A stretch of 64,000 bases of DNA from Candidatus Wolfebacteria bacterium GW2011_GWB1_47_1 (lineage in GTDB: Bacteria > Patescibacteriota > Minisyncoccia > UBA6257 > UBA9933). Both the position numbers and the translations under genes were made by a program. Below are positions 48,761 to 59,365 of this stretch, piece after piece. The notes beneath the pieces were generated by a model that saw only the letters and a list, made by a program, of their open reading frames with translations, made no database searches and was not told the origin of the DNA. Within the stretch, counting starts at the first letter, position 1; each line of letters opens with the position of its first letter. The stretch is taken from positions 747,969 through 811,968 of the forward strand of contig CP011209.1 in assembly GCA_001029635.1 (NCBI GenBank). Direction: 5' to 3'.

Positions 48761-49171
48761 CTATTTCCTTGCGAGCTCGGCGCATTTGACTGCGATCTCC
48801 ATCATTTCTTCTGGAGAAACCGAGCGTCTATTGGAATTTTGCCACGACTTCCATCTCCCGGGCCATCTCCCGTCTATATTTATCGTTCCGAGAGCCCCTT
48901 TTCTGTTGTGGACAATTAGTGCGGCCCCGACTGGACCATCTACTTGAATAAACACTAACGCCGTTTTTTTGCTCTCCCCCTCCTGTAATTCATCCACTTT
49001 GTCGGCGATCTCCCTCAACTCCGCAGAAGAATAGCAGTGCCCATTCTGAGCTCCGTGCAAACACAGAAACGCTCTTTTCCCACCCAACGTACTGACCGCC
49101 CCTAAGCGCCAGCTGCCCCTCATTACGTTTTGGCAAACGCCATGCTCCGTAAAGCTAAGCTTTTTGGACAT
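48761..49171 (-). CDS. hypothetical protein (136 aa), paralog of 48167..48667
   Basis: GGGAGG SD; TTGACA-17-TATAAA upstream. Confidence 0.5.
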   Translation of the reverse strand: MSKKLSFTEHGVCQNVMRGSWRLGAVSTLGGKRAFLCLHGAQNGHCYSSAELREIADKVDELQEGESKKTALVFIQVDGPVGAALIVHNRKGALGTINIDGRWPGRWKSWQNSNRRSVSPEEMMEIAVKCAELARK

Positions 49172-49277
49172 ATCTCAACCTCCCTGGATTGTGATCAAAC
49201 TGCTGCTCAATTTATACAATTCAAATATAAATATGTCAATTTTGCTTGAGGTAAAACAAAGGCCCCGATTGAGGCCC

Positions 49278-49559
49278 TTACTCGTCTTTCTCGAAGAATT
49301 CTTTCCAGGGGTCGGGTTCTTCTATCTGCCCCTCCAGGGCTATACACTTTTCTTCGTAGAGCCGCTCGAGTTCTTCGCTCTTTTGCGCCAGCATGTATAA
49401 TTCGCTTGAAGAAAACGTCCGAGCTCTTGTTCCCTCGAAATATCGTTGAAATACCCTGAATTGCCCCTCCTCATTGAATATGCCACATAGGATACCTCCC
49501 TTTGACTCGCATACGTCCACAAGCACTTTTCCATCCTTTTGCTCTATGAACTTTATCAT
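49278..49559 (-). CDS. hypothetical protein (93 aa)
   Basis: AGGAGG SD; TTGACA-17-TATTAC promoter upstream. Confidence 0.45.
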   Translation of the reverse strand: MIKFIEQKDGKVLVDVCESKGGILCGIFNEEGQFRVFQRYFEGTRARTFSSSELYMLAQKSEELERLYEEKCIALEGQIEEPDPWKEFFEKDE

Positions 49560-49632
49560 TATAGAAGACCTCCTTAAGAATCCTTCTCATGGACTACTTC
49601 AGTAATACCCACCTTCCATTCTGTTGTCAATC

Positions 49633-49655
49633 CGTCAAAAAAGGCCCTGCATGTG
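49633..49655 (-). terminator. intrinsic terminator ggccccgcacatgcagggcc + tttttt (minus-strand read)
   Basis: Immediately after the stop of 49672..50349. Confidence 0.5.
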
Positions 49656-49671
49656 CGGGGCCTGTACTGGC

Positions 49672-50349
49672 TTACATTTCGCCACGGTCGGCAAAGATCG
49701 CGCAATCACCAACCGCTTGCGGTTGCGGTTCCTTTGCGTGACTGTTGCTCGGCTGTTCCGCTTCGCCGAAGTCGGCCAGCTTGAGGAGCTGCAGAAGCAT
49801 CTCGTCCTCCAGGTTATTTACACCCCTTACTCTCTGCTCGGTTACGGGGCGGTATCCAACCTTTACTTCCTCGCCCTTATAGTGAGCACTGTTGTATGTA
49901 TAGATACCTGGAGAATATGTTTCCCATTGCCCTTTGCCGCCGGCGATCGCCAAATGATCGTGTCCATTCCTAACGATTTCAGCATGACCGAACGGCGTAT
50001 CTTCGGAAAACGTCTGTCGCGCCAAAGCCTCCAGTCTTCCGAATGCAGGACCAAATCTTACCTCCCGTTCGGCACATTTTTTTACGAATTCCTCTGCTTT
50101 TGCGCTGATCTCCTTCCACTGTTCGAGCGTGAACGTATTAGAATAGGACATGATTCTCGAGGAATCATCTTCGATCTTCGTTCCGGAAATGGTAATCCTG
50201 CCACTCGCTCGTATGTGACCGATATGCTCCTCGCCAAGAAGCATATCAACCGCGAGCTCCGTGAAATAGCTCACGCCCTTGCGGATACTCATAAATTGCC
50301 GCATCCCTTCTTCAAATCTCAGTGTCGGGCTCTTCTTTTCCTCGGTCAT
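49672..50349 (-). CDS. hypothetical protein (225 aa)
   Basis: AAGGAG SD 7 nt upstream; ORF track. Confidence 0.5.
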   Translation of the reverse strand: MTEEKKSPTLRFEEGMRQFMSIRKGVSYFTELAVDMLLGEEHIGHIRASGRITISGTKIEDDSSRIMSYSNTFTLEQWKEISAKAEEFVKKCAEREVRFGPAFGRLEALARQTFSEDTPFGHAEIVRNGHDHLAIAGGKGQWETYSPGIYTYNSAHYKGEEVKVGYRPVTEQRVRGVNNLEDEMLLQLLKLADFGEAEQPSNSHAKEPQPQAVGDCAIFADRGEM

Positions 50350-50427
50350 TACGGGTCTCCTTATTGCCTGCCTTTTAGTTGTTTAGATCTGCCCAAACGG
50401 TAGCTGTTCCCCCTATATATGTCAAAT

Positions 50428-50452
50428 ATGTACGTCATCTGATGACGTACAT
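50428..50452. promoter_or_regulatory. perfect palindrome ATGTACGTCAT-ctg-ATGACGTACAT in the promoter region of 49672..50349
   Basis: Direct read; adjacent to TTGACA; candidate dimeric regulator site. Confidence 0.35.
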
Positions 50453-50525
50453 AGCACGTTACCTGCAAAATGGCGTCCTCCCCGCACTCCCTCCAGTCAT
50501 ACGGGTTTCCTGGTAGGGTAGTAAA

Positions 50526-50575
50526 AAGTTCGGCAGATGCCTGCCGAACTTTGTAGTTCGGCAACATTGCCGAAC
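50526..50575 (-). terminator. tandem hairpins aagttcggcag-atgc-ctgccgaactt and gttcggcaa-cat-ttgccgaac after the kinase gene
   Basis: Two perfect stems sharing the ttcggca core directly downstream of the stop of 50597..51154. Confidence 0.4.
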
Positions 50576-50596
50576 CCATCGCCTTCCCTAGGTAGA

Positions 50597-51154
50597 TCAT
50601 AAATTCCTCACGAGCGCATCCACCTTCCGCAGTAGATCCTCCCGCTCGCCTTCGTTTATGATCAGGAAGTCCGCCATTGCGATCGGCCCCGCCTGATGCA
50701 GGTTTTCGATCTGCGATCGGTCACGACTCCAGGCCTCGGCCGCCGTCAACGGGCGCTTAGGGCGTATCGCAAGACGCGCATAACGGATCGCCGGCGATGC
50801 ATGTACCGCGACAACTAGAAACGCGCTCCCGAATACGTCCCTAAAGCGCATAAATTCTTCCCAGGAATAGAGGCTCTCAACCAGAACATGCGGTGTGTCG
50901 ATTATAGGTTCGATCTTCTGAATCACCCGCTCGGCATAAACCAACGGACCAAACTCGCTACGCAGACCTTCGCGGACAGCCCGTTCATTCTCCTCACTGA
51001 TTGCCAGTCCGCGACGCGCCATCTCATCGAACGTGACTTCCCCAAAATATACTTTTGGCCATCCATACCTTTCGATAATATACTCGACGACCTCAGTCTT
51101 CCCCGCGCCTGACAATCCGATTATGGCGATGATCTTTCTCTGACCTTCCATACA
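50597..51154 (-). CDS. P-loop nucleotide/nucleoside kinase (dNMP- or dephospho-CoA-kinase-like)
   Basis: Walker A IIGLSGAGKT close to the N-terminus; AGGAGG SD before MEGQRK; ~185 aa, the size of small kinases. Confidence 0.55.
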   Translation of the reverse strand, partial: CMEGQRKIIAIIGLSGAGKTEVVEYIIERYGWPKVYFGEVTFDEMARRGLAISEENERAVREGLRSEFGPLVYAERVIQKIEPIIDTPHVLVESLYSWEEFMRFRDVFGSAFLVVAVHASPAIRYARLAIRPKRPLTAAEAWSRDRSQIENLHQAGPIAMADFLIINEGEREDLLRKVDALVRNL

Positions 51155-51306
51155 AGTACCTCCTTCTGTGTTTAATGGTCTGGCGTCAGTATGACTCCTT
51201 TTTTTGCAGATTTCCACTCTTTGACAATACTTATTGTATATGGTTATATTTCGACAGAATCATTATCAATCAGTAATCCATATCACACCAGAAAACGGAG
51301 GTTCAC

Positions 51307-52134
51307 ATGCAACAGTATCTTGATCTCATCCAGGATGTTCTCAACAATGGAAAGCGTAAAGGCGACCCCCACGGCATCGGCAATCTCGCTGTATGCGGGC
51401 GGACCATGCGCTTCGACCTCACTGAGGGGTTTCCTCTCATCACCACCAAAAGCATGAAGAGTCTGTGGAAGTCTGTCATCGGCGAACTGCTTTGGTTCCT
51501 TTCGGGGAGTACGAGCATCGCCGATCTCAAGGCGTACGGTGTCAACTTCTGGGACCAGTGGGCGGACCAAAAGACCTGCGATATCATGGGTCTTCCGCTC
51601 GGCGAACTCGGACCGATCTACGGCAAACAGTGGCGCGCCTTCGAAGGAGGTGGCCCCAAGCCCGTGGACCAGATCCAACAGCTCGTCAACGATCTCAAGA
51701 CCAGTCCCGATTCACGAAGACTGATCGTCTCGTCCTGGAACCCGGTCGACGCAGATCGCGTGTTCGTAGCTCCCTGCCACTGCTTTTACAAGCTGTATCA
51801 CGCAGAGGGAGAGCTCTCCCTGCATCTGTTCCAGCGGAGTGGGGACATGCCCATCGGTATCCCTTTCAACATCGCGGAGTACTCACTCCTTCTGATGATG
51901 TTGGCGCAGATCACCGGGCTCAAGGCAAAAGAGTTCATCCATACCATTTCTGACACCCACATCTATCTGAACCAGATCGAGTTCATGCGCGAGCAACTTA
52001 CCCGCGATCCGCGGCCGTTGCCTAGCGTGACCCTCAATTCCAACATCACCGACATCTTCGGCTTCACCCCCGACGACTTCATTCTTACGGGGTACGATCC
52101 GCATCCTTACATCAAGATCCCCGTCGCGTGGTAA
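51307..52134 (+). CDS. thyA: thymidylate synthase
   Basis: APCHCFYKLY active-site Cys region; GDTHIYLNQ; C-terminal GYDPHPYIKIPVAW. Confidence 0.9.
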   Translation: MQQYLDLIQDVLNNGKRKGDPHGIGNLAVCGRTMRFDLTEGFPLITTKSMKSLWKSVIGELLWFLSGSTSIADLKAYGVNFWDQWADQKTCDIMGLPLGELGPIYGKQWRAFEGGGPKPVDQIQQLVNDLKTSPDSRRLIVSSWNPVDADRVFVAPCHCFYKLYHAEGELSLHLFQRSGDMPIGIPFNIAEYSLLLMMLAQITGLKAKEFIHTISDTHIYLNQIEFMREQLTRDPRPLPSVTLNSNITDIFGFTPDDFILTGYDPHPYIKIPVAW

Positions 52135-52158
52135 CCCGCGATACACAAGGAGCTCTCT

Positions 52159-53142
52159 ATGATCATTTCGGTCATCTTCGCCATGAACGGCGATCGCATC
52201 ATTGGCAACAAAGGCGGTCTGCCCTGGCATCTGCCGAGCGATCTGCACCGATTCAGAGCACTCACCGCCGGCAAGCCGGTCATCATGGGGCGTCGGACCT
52301 TCGAGTCCATACTCGCCCGCAACCGAAAGCCGCTTCCCGACCGCTGTAACGTGGTCGTCACCCGCAATATCGCACCGTGGAAGCATCGCCAGAGCACGCA
52401 CCCCGAAATGTTTCGCAACTGCGTCTTTGTCGAATCGCTTCAGCAGGGCATCCATCTGATGAACCCCTCTCCCGAGGTATTCATCATTGGAGGGTCTCAG
52501 ATCTACGCACAGGCACTCTCGTTCGCTGACCGGATGTACTTCACACAAGTGCAGGGTAAATTTGAGGGAGATACAACATTCCCCCAGTTCAACCCGCACC
52601 AGTGGAGGACCGTCCATGACGAGCTCATACGCACAGACAACCATCCGTATGCGTTCTCGATCCTGGAGCGTCTCGACACCGGCGCGTCACTCGGATCAAC
52701 TTCGGGTACCGACCTGGTCAACCCGACCTTTGCCAAAAGCGAAGGGTATGGCAAGACCATTACTGAAATCATCGAGGCGGGCATCTGCCCGTTCTGCCCC
52801 GAACACTTCCTTTGGCATCCCTGGCCGATCCTACATCGCTCCGGCGACTGGATCCTCACTCGTAGCGGATGGCCGTACGAGAACGCAGAGCATCACTTCC
52901 TCATCATCGGAAACAAACACCTCATCGCCGACATCGACATGAGCGATGCCGACGACCATCATGTAAAAGGACTCACCCGATGGGCCATCGAACAATTCGG
53001 CCTCAAAGGATGGGGGAAGATCGCTCGTTCTGGCGAAACAAGCCACACCGGCGCGACCGTACAGCATTTGCACTACCATCTCATCCAGCCCAAACCGGGC
53101 CTGGATGGAAAGGCACTGCCAGTCAACTTCCCGATCGGATGA
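52159..53142 (+). CDS. folA: dihydrofolate reductase fused to a C-terminal HIT (Hint-like) domain
   Basis: Residues 1-165 are DHFR (GGLPWHLPSDL, VIMGRRTFESI, FIIGGSQIY). Residues ~200-327 carry CPFCP plus the histidine triad HLHYHLI. Confidence 0.8.
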   Translation: MIISVIFAMNGDRIIGNKGGLPWHLPSDLHRFRALTAGKPVIMGRRTFESILARNRKPLPDRCNVVVTRNIAPWKHRQSTHPEMFRNCVFVESLQQGIHLMNPSPEVFIIGGSQIYAQALSFADRMYFTQVQGKFEGDTTFPQFNPHQWRTVHDELIRTDNHPYAFSILERLDTGASLGSTSGTDLVNPTFAKSEGYGKTITEIIEAGICPFCPEHFLWHPWPILHRSGDWILTRSGWPYENAEHHFLIIGNKHLIADIDMSDADDHHVKGLTRWAIEQFGLKGWGKIARSGETSHTGATVQHLHYHLIQPKPGLDGKALPVNFPIG

Positions 53143-53159
53143 TATGGATCCACAAAAAA

Positions 53160-53186
53160 GCCCCGCGCATGCGGGGCTTGTTTTTA
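53160..53186. terminator. bidirectional terminator aaaaaagccccgcgcatgcggggcttgttttt
   Basis: Hairpin with flanking A- and T-runs between convergent folA and the deaminase gene. Confidence 0.55.
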
Positions 53187-53201
53187 TTCTCAGTAGGGCT
53201 A

Positions 53202-54056
53202 TCATGCCACATGGACGATCTCGACCCCCCGACTCCTGAGAATGCTTTCTCCCTCCAGATAAGCGCACCCGGAAGAAAAGTACAGTCGGGAAATTCCAGA
53301 TTCAGCTACGAGGCCAGCGCAAGGAGTGCACGGGAACACCGTGACATACAAATGCATGCCTTTGAGCGGGATGCCTTCGCGCGCAGCCCTGGCCACGATC
53401 CCTGCCTCGGCATGAATCGTGGACGCCAGCTCCGGGCTCGTGCCCGCCCGCACAAAGTCGCGCGGATCCCCTACAGCATACGGCGTATGCTCGCTCGGAA
53501 GATGTTTGTTGTGCGCCATCAACAAGACTTGCCTGCTTTCCGGATGGATCACCGCCGCACCTACTTGGCGCCACCAGCATGAGGTCTTTTGCCCCTCATC
53601 CTCCGCGGCCCGTATCGCCTCCTTATCGGCGAGGTCCACGGTCCTCCAGTCGAAGTTGACCTTTACTTCCAATTTTACTCGGTTAGGATCCCATCGGAGA
53701 AACACCGACTCTTTTACGACCGACTCTTCCGGGAAGTAGTGCTCAACGAAGCTTCTGCTTGCCTCATCGTTCGCGACAATGATCTGCCGTCCGTGTAGTC
53801 GCTGCAAGAACGCCAGCGACTGCCTGTTGAGCACCTCCACATGCGGGAATATCCGCAACCCCCGAATCGCCTTTACGACATCCTTCGGATCCATTGCCCT
53901 GATCTCGCGCACGCCGGGTTGAAGCTCTCGCATCATCTCGTTCCCAAACACGTAGCATGCCTCGATGCGATGCCGGTACCGCTCAAACAGATCGATATAC
54001 CCCTGATGGAGCACCGGCACATACAGCACGAGGAAACTTCTTATGAACGCATTCAT
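53202..54056 (-). CDS. dCMP/CMP-type deaminase domain protein with ~130-aa N-terminal extension
   Basis: C-terminal HAEAGIV...PCTPCAGL zinc-binding signature of the cytidine/deoxycytidylate deaminase fold. Confidence 0.65.
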   Translation of the reverse strand: MNAFIRSFLVLYVPVLHQGYIDLFERYRHRIEACYVFGNEMMRELQPGVREIRAMDPKDVVKAIRGLRIFPHVEVLNRQSLAFLQRLHGRQIIVANDEASRSFVEHYFPEESVVKESVFLRWDPNRVKLEVKVNFDWRTVDLADKEAIRAAEDEGQKTSCWWRQVGAAVIHPESRQVLLMAHNKHLPSEHTPYAVGDPRDFVRAGTSPELASTIHAEAGIVARAAREGIPLKGMHLYVTVFPCTPCAGLVAESGISRLYFSSGCAYLEGESILRSRGVEIVHVA

Positions 54057-54601
54057 ACCAGCCCCCTTTCCTTAAGCATCGTGATGATCGGCGCCAGACA
54101 GTCCCGCAGAATCCTGAAGACCAGATTCGATGTACTCGTTTCTGCCTGCCGAGGAAGCATCTTTACCTCTCCGCAATATTGCTTGATCTCCTCGATCTGC
54201 TCCGGCGGGTATGAGTCGTCGGTAATGATGAACGTATCTACCTGAATCTCTTTGATCAGACCGTACTGCCACCTTCCTTCTTCGTCAACGTCGTCGAGTA
54301 ATAGGATAAGGTCCACACACTCGAGATAGGACAGCATCTCCATTCGCTCATCCTGGACAACCATAGGGCGCATGGAATTTTTCTTGTACAGCTTGATCGC
54401 ACGGTCACTATCCGTACCGACGATCAACACATCACCCTCTTCCTTCGCCTTCATCAGGTATCGGACATGCCCCACATGCAACATGTCCCACGATCCGATT
54501 GTCACGATAATCCTGCAGCCTTGTGCCCGCAGTCCTTCGACGATCGCCAGCAGTGCCCTTGGGTCCTTTACCACCTTCTTCTTGTGATCAAGTAGATGCA
54601 T
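54053..54601 (-). CDS. cytidylyltransferase-like nucleotidyltransferase (HxGH motif; RfaE domain II / glycerol-3-P cytidylyltransferase-like)
   Basis: TIGSWDMLHVGHVRYL; 182 aa; 4-nt overlap with the deaminase gene. Confidence 0.6.
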   Translation of the reverse strand: MHLLDHKKKVVKDPRALLAIVEGLRAQGCRIIVTIGSWDMLHVGHVRYLMKAKEEGDVLIVGTDSDRAIKLYKKNSMRPMVVQDERMEMLSYLECVDLILLLDDVDEEGRWQYGLIKEIQVDTFIITDDSYPPEQIEEIKQYCGEVKMLPRQAETSTSNLVFRILRDCLAPIITMLKERGLV

Positions 54602-54896
54602 ACTACCCCCTTGCCTTTTGTATTGGAATTTCCATTCCTATAGAGTTGTCGAATTTCTGCCTTAGGAATACCATAAAAGTTGACCTGAGTCAAAGACTTT
54701 TTTCGACAGATGTCGAGCCTATCTTCTTCCCACTTTTTTATAAAAAGTGGGGTAAAAGAAAGAAGCGCAAGGCGCTTCTTTCTTTTTTTTGCTGGCTATT
54801 TTTTAGTAGCCTCCTCCCATCCCTTCGGCAAGCTCAGGGCGAGTGAGATCTTTTGTTTTTATTACTTTCAGATTTTTACTCTTCGGTGCGTCGAAA

Positions 54897-56625
<1,729 letters not shown>

Positions 56626-56628
56626 TAT

Positions 56629-56916
56629 TTATCCAAGTATCGCAAAAATGTTATCTTCGTCACCGACCATATATTTCCTTCCCTCGATTTCGACTTCGGA
56701 CAATCCGTATTTTTTATACAACACGGTATCTCCGACCTTGACCGACATCGGGATGCGCTCACCCTTCTCATTCATCTTGCCTTCGCCTACCGCGATCACC
56801 GTGCCGGTGGTCGGCTTTGACTCAGCCGACTCTGGGATATAGATCCCGCTTTTCGTCATCGATTCGGCTTCGATCGGGTCAATGAAGATATGGTTTGCTA
56901 ATGGTTTAATTTGCAT
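56629..56916 (-). CDS. groES: co-chaperonin GroES
   Basis: Start at MQIKPLANHIFIDP; 95 aa. Confidence 0.9.
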   Translation of the reverse strand: MQIKPLANHIFIDPIEAESMTKSGIYIPESAESKPTTGTVIAVGEGKMNEKGERIPMSVKVGDTVLYKKYGLSEVEIEGRKYMVGDEDNIFAILG

Positions 56917-56952
56917 TGCATGCATGAGGTACGAGGTAAGCATTACGAGGTA
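56917..56952. repeat. GAGGTAMG repeat block immediately upstream of the groES ATG
   Basis: catgaggtacgaggtaagcattacgaggtaagcgg. Confidence 0.45.
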
Positions 56953-57057
56953 AGCGGGTTCACAATTACCCTCCCTTATTCATACTTCTTAGTTCGTACT
57001 CCTATTATTTTCTAGAGTTTTCTTTAAAAATGACCTTTTGCAAAGCCATGTATCACT

Positions 57058-57085
57058 ATTATAGTGCCAGCTCGACGTATGTCAA
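57058..57085 (-). promoter_or_regulatory. sigma70 promoter for groES (TTGACA-16-TATAAT) with 13-bp palindrome CACTATAATAGTG across the -10
   Basis: Minus-strand read; no CIRCE element found. Confidence 0.5.
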
Positions 57086-57098
57086 TTTATACAAAAAG

Positions 57099-57116
57099 AG
57101 CCGCTTTTGCGGCTCT
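57099..57116 (-). terminator. terminator gagccgcaaaagcggctc + ttttt
   Basis: Follows the stop of 57122..57406 on the minus strand. Confidence 0.45.
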
Positions 57117-57121
57117 TTACG

Positions 57122-57406
57122 CTATCTTCCCTCCTTTATTTTTGCCCTTAAGCATTTCCGGCAATAGTTAGGAGCATTTCCGCTGATCGGCACATCTACT
57201 ATCGTTCTTCTCTTTTCACCACCCGAGCTGTACACCGTAGTATGCTGCATGTAGACACCCCGCTTGGGATACATCGAGGTCATATGCCCGCATTTGGTCG
57301 CACTCATATATCGGGTGCGCAGCATTCTGTAACAGAGATATATCATACTACATGCTACCAACACGTAGCACGCCCATGCGACCCCTAATAATTGCCGTTC
57401 CACCAT
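57122..57406 (-). CDS. small membrane protein with C-terminal CGH...CRKC (94 aa)
   Basis: ORF track; one TM helix. Confidence 0.4.
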   Translation of the reverse strand: MVERQLLGVAWACYVLVACSMIYLCYRMLRTRYMSATKCGHMTSMYPKRGVYMQHTTVYSSGGEKRRTIVDVPISGNAPNYCRKCLRAKIKEGR

Positions 57407-57469
57407 GTCGAACCCCCTTTATTCGTTTGTAAATGATGCATTATCTTTTTCTGGTATACAGGAATTTTT

Positions 57470-57510
57470 GTTGTGTGTCAAAAGCCCCTTGTTTGGGGGC
57501 TTTTGACACA
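57470..57510. terminator. 17-bp perfect inverted repeat gtgtgtcaaaagccccc / gggggcttttgacacac with loop ttgttt
   Basis: Direct read; lies 8 nt from direct repeat 1. Confidence 0.35.
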
Positions 57511-57518
57511 CTAATATA

Positions 57519-57540
57519 TTATTCTCCGCTTTGTGGTTTA
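57519..57540. repeat. 22-bp direct repeat 1 (ttattctccgctttgtggttta)
   Basis: Identical to 58196..58217 (positions within 1 nt), which encodes the last 6 codons and the stop of rmuC. Confidence 0.7.
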
Positions 57541-57616
57541 CTCTTCTTGCGTTTTGTTGCATTTACATTAATACTATAGGCAGATTTTTTATTTCACTAT
57601 ATGGGAGGAGAATTCC

Positions 57617-58153
57617 ATGAACGGATGCAGATGCCTTAGACACAGGAAATACGGACCTCGAACTGAAACCGCAGAGGACAGGCAACTACGGGCCGATATG
57701 CACGAGATCGCGCGCTGGCAAACAGAGGAGGCCGCGCACAAAGAACTCGTCGCAACTTTCAATGATCCGAGAGTGAGCCCAAGCGATAAGGAGCGCTTAT
57801 TTCACCTCAGGGATTGCGTTCCGAGCATGCTGCGCTTCAGTCGCAAGATGTTCCCCTTTCTCGAACAAGACTCGGACATTGAGTATGCTAAAAGCCTGCG
57901 AAGCTGTCTTGACCTGCCAGGCAAAAGGAGACACCTCAATCGACAATTCCGCTTCGAGAAAGACGACCTGGCGATCGAAACACACCGAGGAGAGGGTCTC
58001 TTTGGGGAAATTGGGCGCTTCCCCCTTACCTCGCTCCAGCTTGAGCTTGAGATCCGGGACAATCCCTGCAAAGATGGTTGCGTGAAAAAGGGTCTTATCG
58101 TTCACGTGCACTACAGGCCTGCCGTGGATTCTCTCGACAGTTCCACCCTCTGA
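57617..58153 (+). CDS. hypothetical Cys-containing protein (178 aa) on a DR-bounded cassette
   Basis: GGGAGG SD 7 nt upstream; followed by a GCCCCGC-type terminator; flanked by 22-bp direct repeats. Confidence 0.55.
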   Translation: MNGCRCLRHRKYGPRTETAEDRQLRADMHEIARWQTEEAAHKELVATFNDPRVSPSDKERLFHLRDCVPSMLRFSRKMFPFLEQDSDIEYAKSLRSCLDLPGKRRHLNRQFRFEKDDLAIETHRGEGLFGEIGRFPLTSLQLELEIRDNPCKDGCVKKGLIVHVHYRPAVDSLDSSTL

Positions 58154-58159
58154 TATCAA

Positions 58160-58188
58160 AATGCCCCGCATCACGCGGGGCATTTTTT
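58160..58188 (+). terminator. intrinsic terminator atgccccgcatcacgcggggcat + tttttt
   Basis: Hairpin followed by a T-run directly after the stop. Confidence 0.55.
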
Positions 58189-58195
58189 GTTTCTC

Positions 58196-58217
58196 GTTAT
58201 TCTCCGCTTTGTGGTTT
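58196..58217. repeat. 22-bp direct repeat 2 (equals the rmuC 3' end)
   Basis: Its reverse complement reads AAA CCA CAA AGC GGA GAA TAA, i.e. KPQSGE*. Confidence 0.7.
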
Positions 58218-59294
58218 ATCAAGCGACATGGGTTCAATCCCCGCTGCCTCGCCCGATATCTTCAGGATATCCTTATCAATCTTGCTGAGTTCTTTATATG
58301 CGGCATTATAGTGGTTCACACTTGTCCCTAGTGTCGTACCCAACTTCTGCATATACATATCGTAACTTGCAATATGCTTACCAAGGTCTTCGACTCGTTT
58401 GCGGATCTCTTTTGCTCCTTCTTCGATCTTGAATGCACGAAATCCGTAAAGCACCGACTGCAGATATGCTGCGAACGTCGTAGGTGAAACGATAATGACG
58501 TTTTTTTCCTTGTATGCGTAATCGATCAGGCTTCGCGTATTTACCTTAACCGCACCTACTTCGTTAATCAACAGGTCGTAGTAGATACCTTCGGCAGGAA
58601 TATACATGAATGCGAACGGCAATGTGCCTTCATTCGGGCGAATATACTTTGCCGTTTCATCGATGCGCTTCTTAAGATCATTTTTAAATTCTTTTTCGAG
58701 TTCTTCCTTTTTTGCCTCATCCGTTTCCGCGATGATGCGGCTATAGTTATCAAGCGAAAACTTTGCATCAACCGGAATGATCCCTTCCTTGGTAATGATC
58801 GCTGCGTCCACCTTTTCCTTGTTCGCAAACTCATACTGCGTCTTATATGCGGTCGGCGGCAAAATATTACTCATGACCAATTCCAGACTTGCCTCTCCCA
58901 AGTTGCCACGCTGCTTTTGGTTCTTCAATACCTTTTCAAGATTCTGTAGCTGGTCTGCGATAGTAAATACCTGTTTATTAGACTCCTGCACTTGCGCGAT
59001 TTGCTCGGTGATGTCTTTGATCAACTTTTGAGATTCTGTGAATTGGGTACGAACTGCGTTCTGCATTTCGTCGCGCGATCGGCTAAATGTTGACTGCATC
59101 TCCTCTCGAGAGTGCGTCAATTTAGTATCAAGCATCTTTGCAATATCGTTGATCTGTGACTGTAGCATCATCATCGACTGATCATCCTTTCGTTCCTCCG
59201 GTTGAGGGGTGAGCCTTTTTAACAAGAAATAGATCGCTACAATTACGATCACTGCGAAAACGACCAATAAGCCAATAAGAGTAAGTATATTCAT
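58197..59294 (-). CDS. rmuC: DNA recombination protein RmuC
   Basis: N-terminal TM helix and coiled coil; conserved C-terminal RmuC nuclease-like domain (GNLGEASLE...FMYIPAEGIY); start at MNILTLIG. Confidence 0.7.
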   Translation of the reverse strand: MNILTLIGLLVVFAVIVIVAIYFLLKRLTPQPEERKDDQSMMMLQSQINDIAKMLDTKLTHSREEMQSTFSRSRDEMQNAVRTQFTESQKLIKDITEQIAQVQESNKQVFTIADQLQNLEKVLKNQKQRGNLGEASLELVMSNILPPTAYKTQYEFANKEKVDAAIITKEGIIPVDAKFSLDNYSRIIAETDEAKKEELEKEFKNDLKKRIDETAKYIRPNEGTLPFAFMYIPAEGIYYDLLINEVGAVKVNTRSLIDYAYKEKNVIIVSPTTFAAYLQSVLYGFRAFKIEEGAKEIRKRVEDLGKHIASYDMYMQKLGTTLGTSVNHYNAAYKELSKIDKDILKISGEAAGIEPMSLDKPQSGE

Positions 59295-59365
59295 AGTAAT
59301 GCGCGCCGGGACATGCAACTTTGTCTCATGTCACATATTTCCATTTATGCTATACTACCACATAT

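Noticed and set aside
56917-57120. CIRCE/HrcA operator upstream of groES
   Set aside because: I searched for TTAGCACTC-N9-GAGTGCTAA-like inverted repeats and found none. A different palindrome overlaps the -10 instead.
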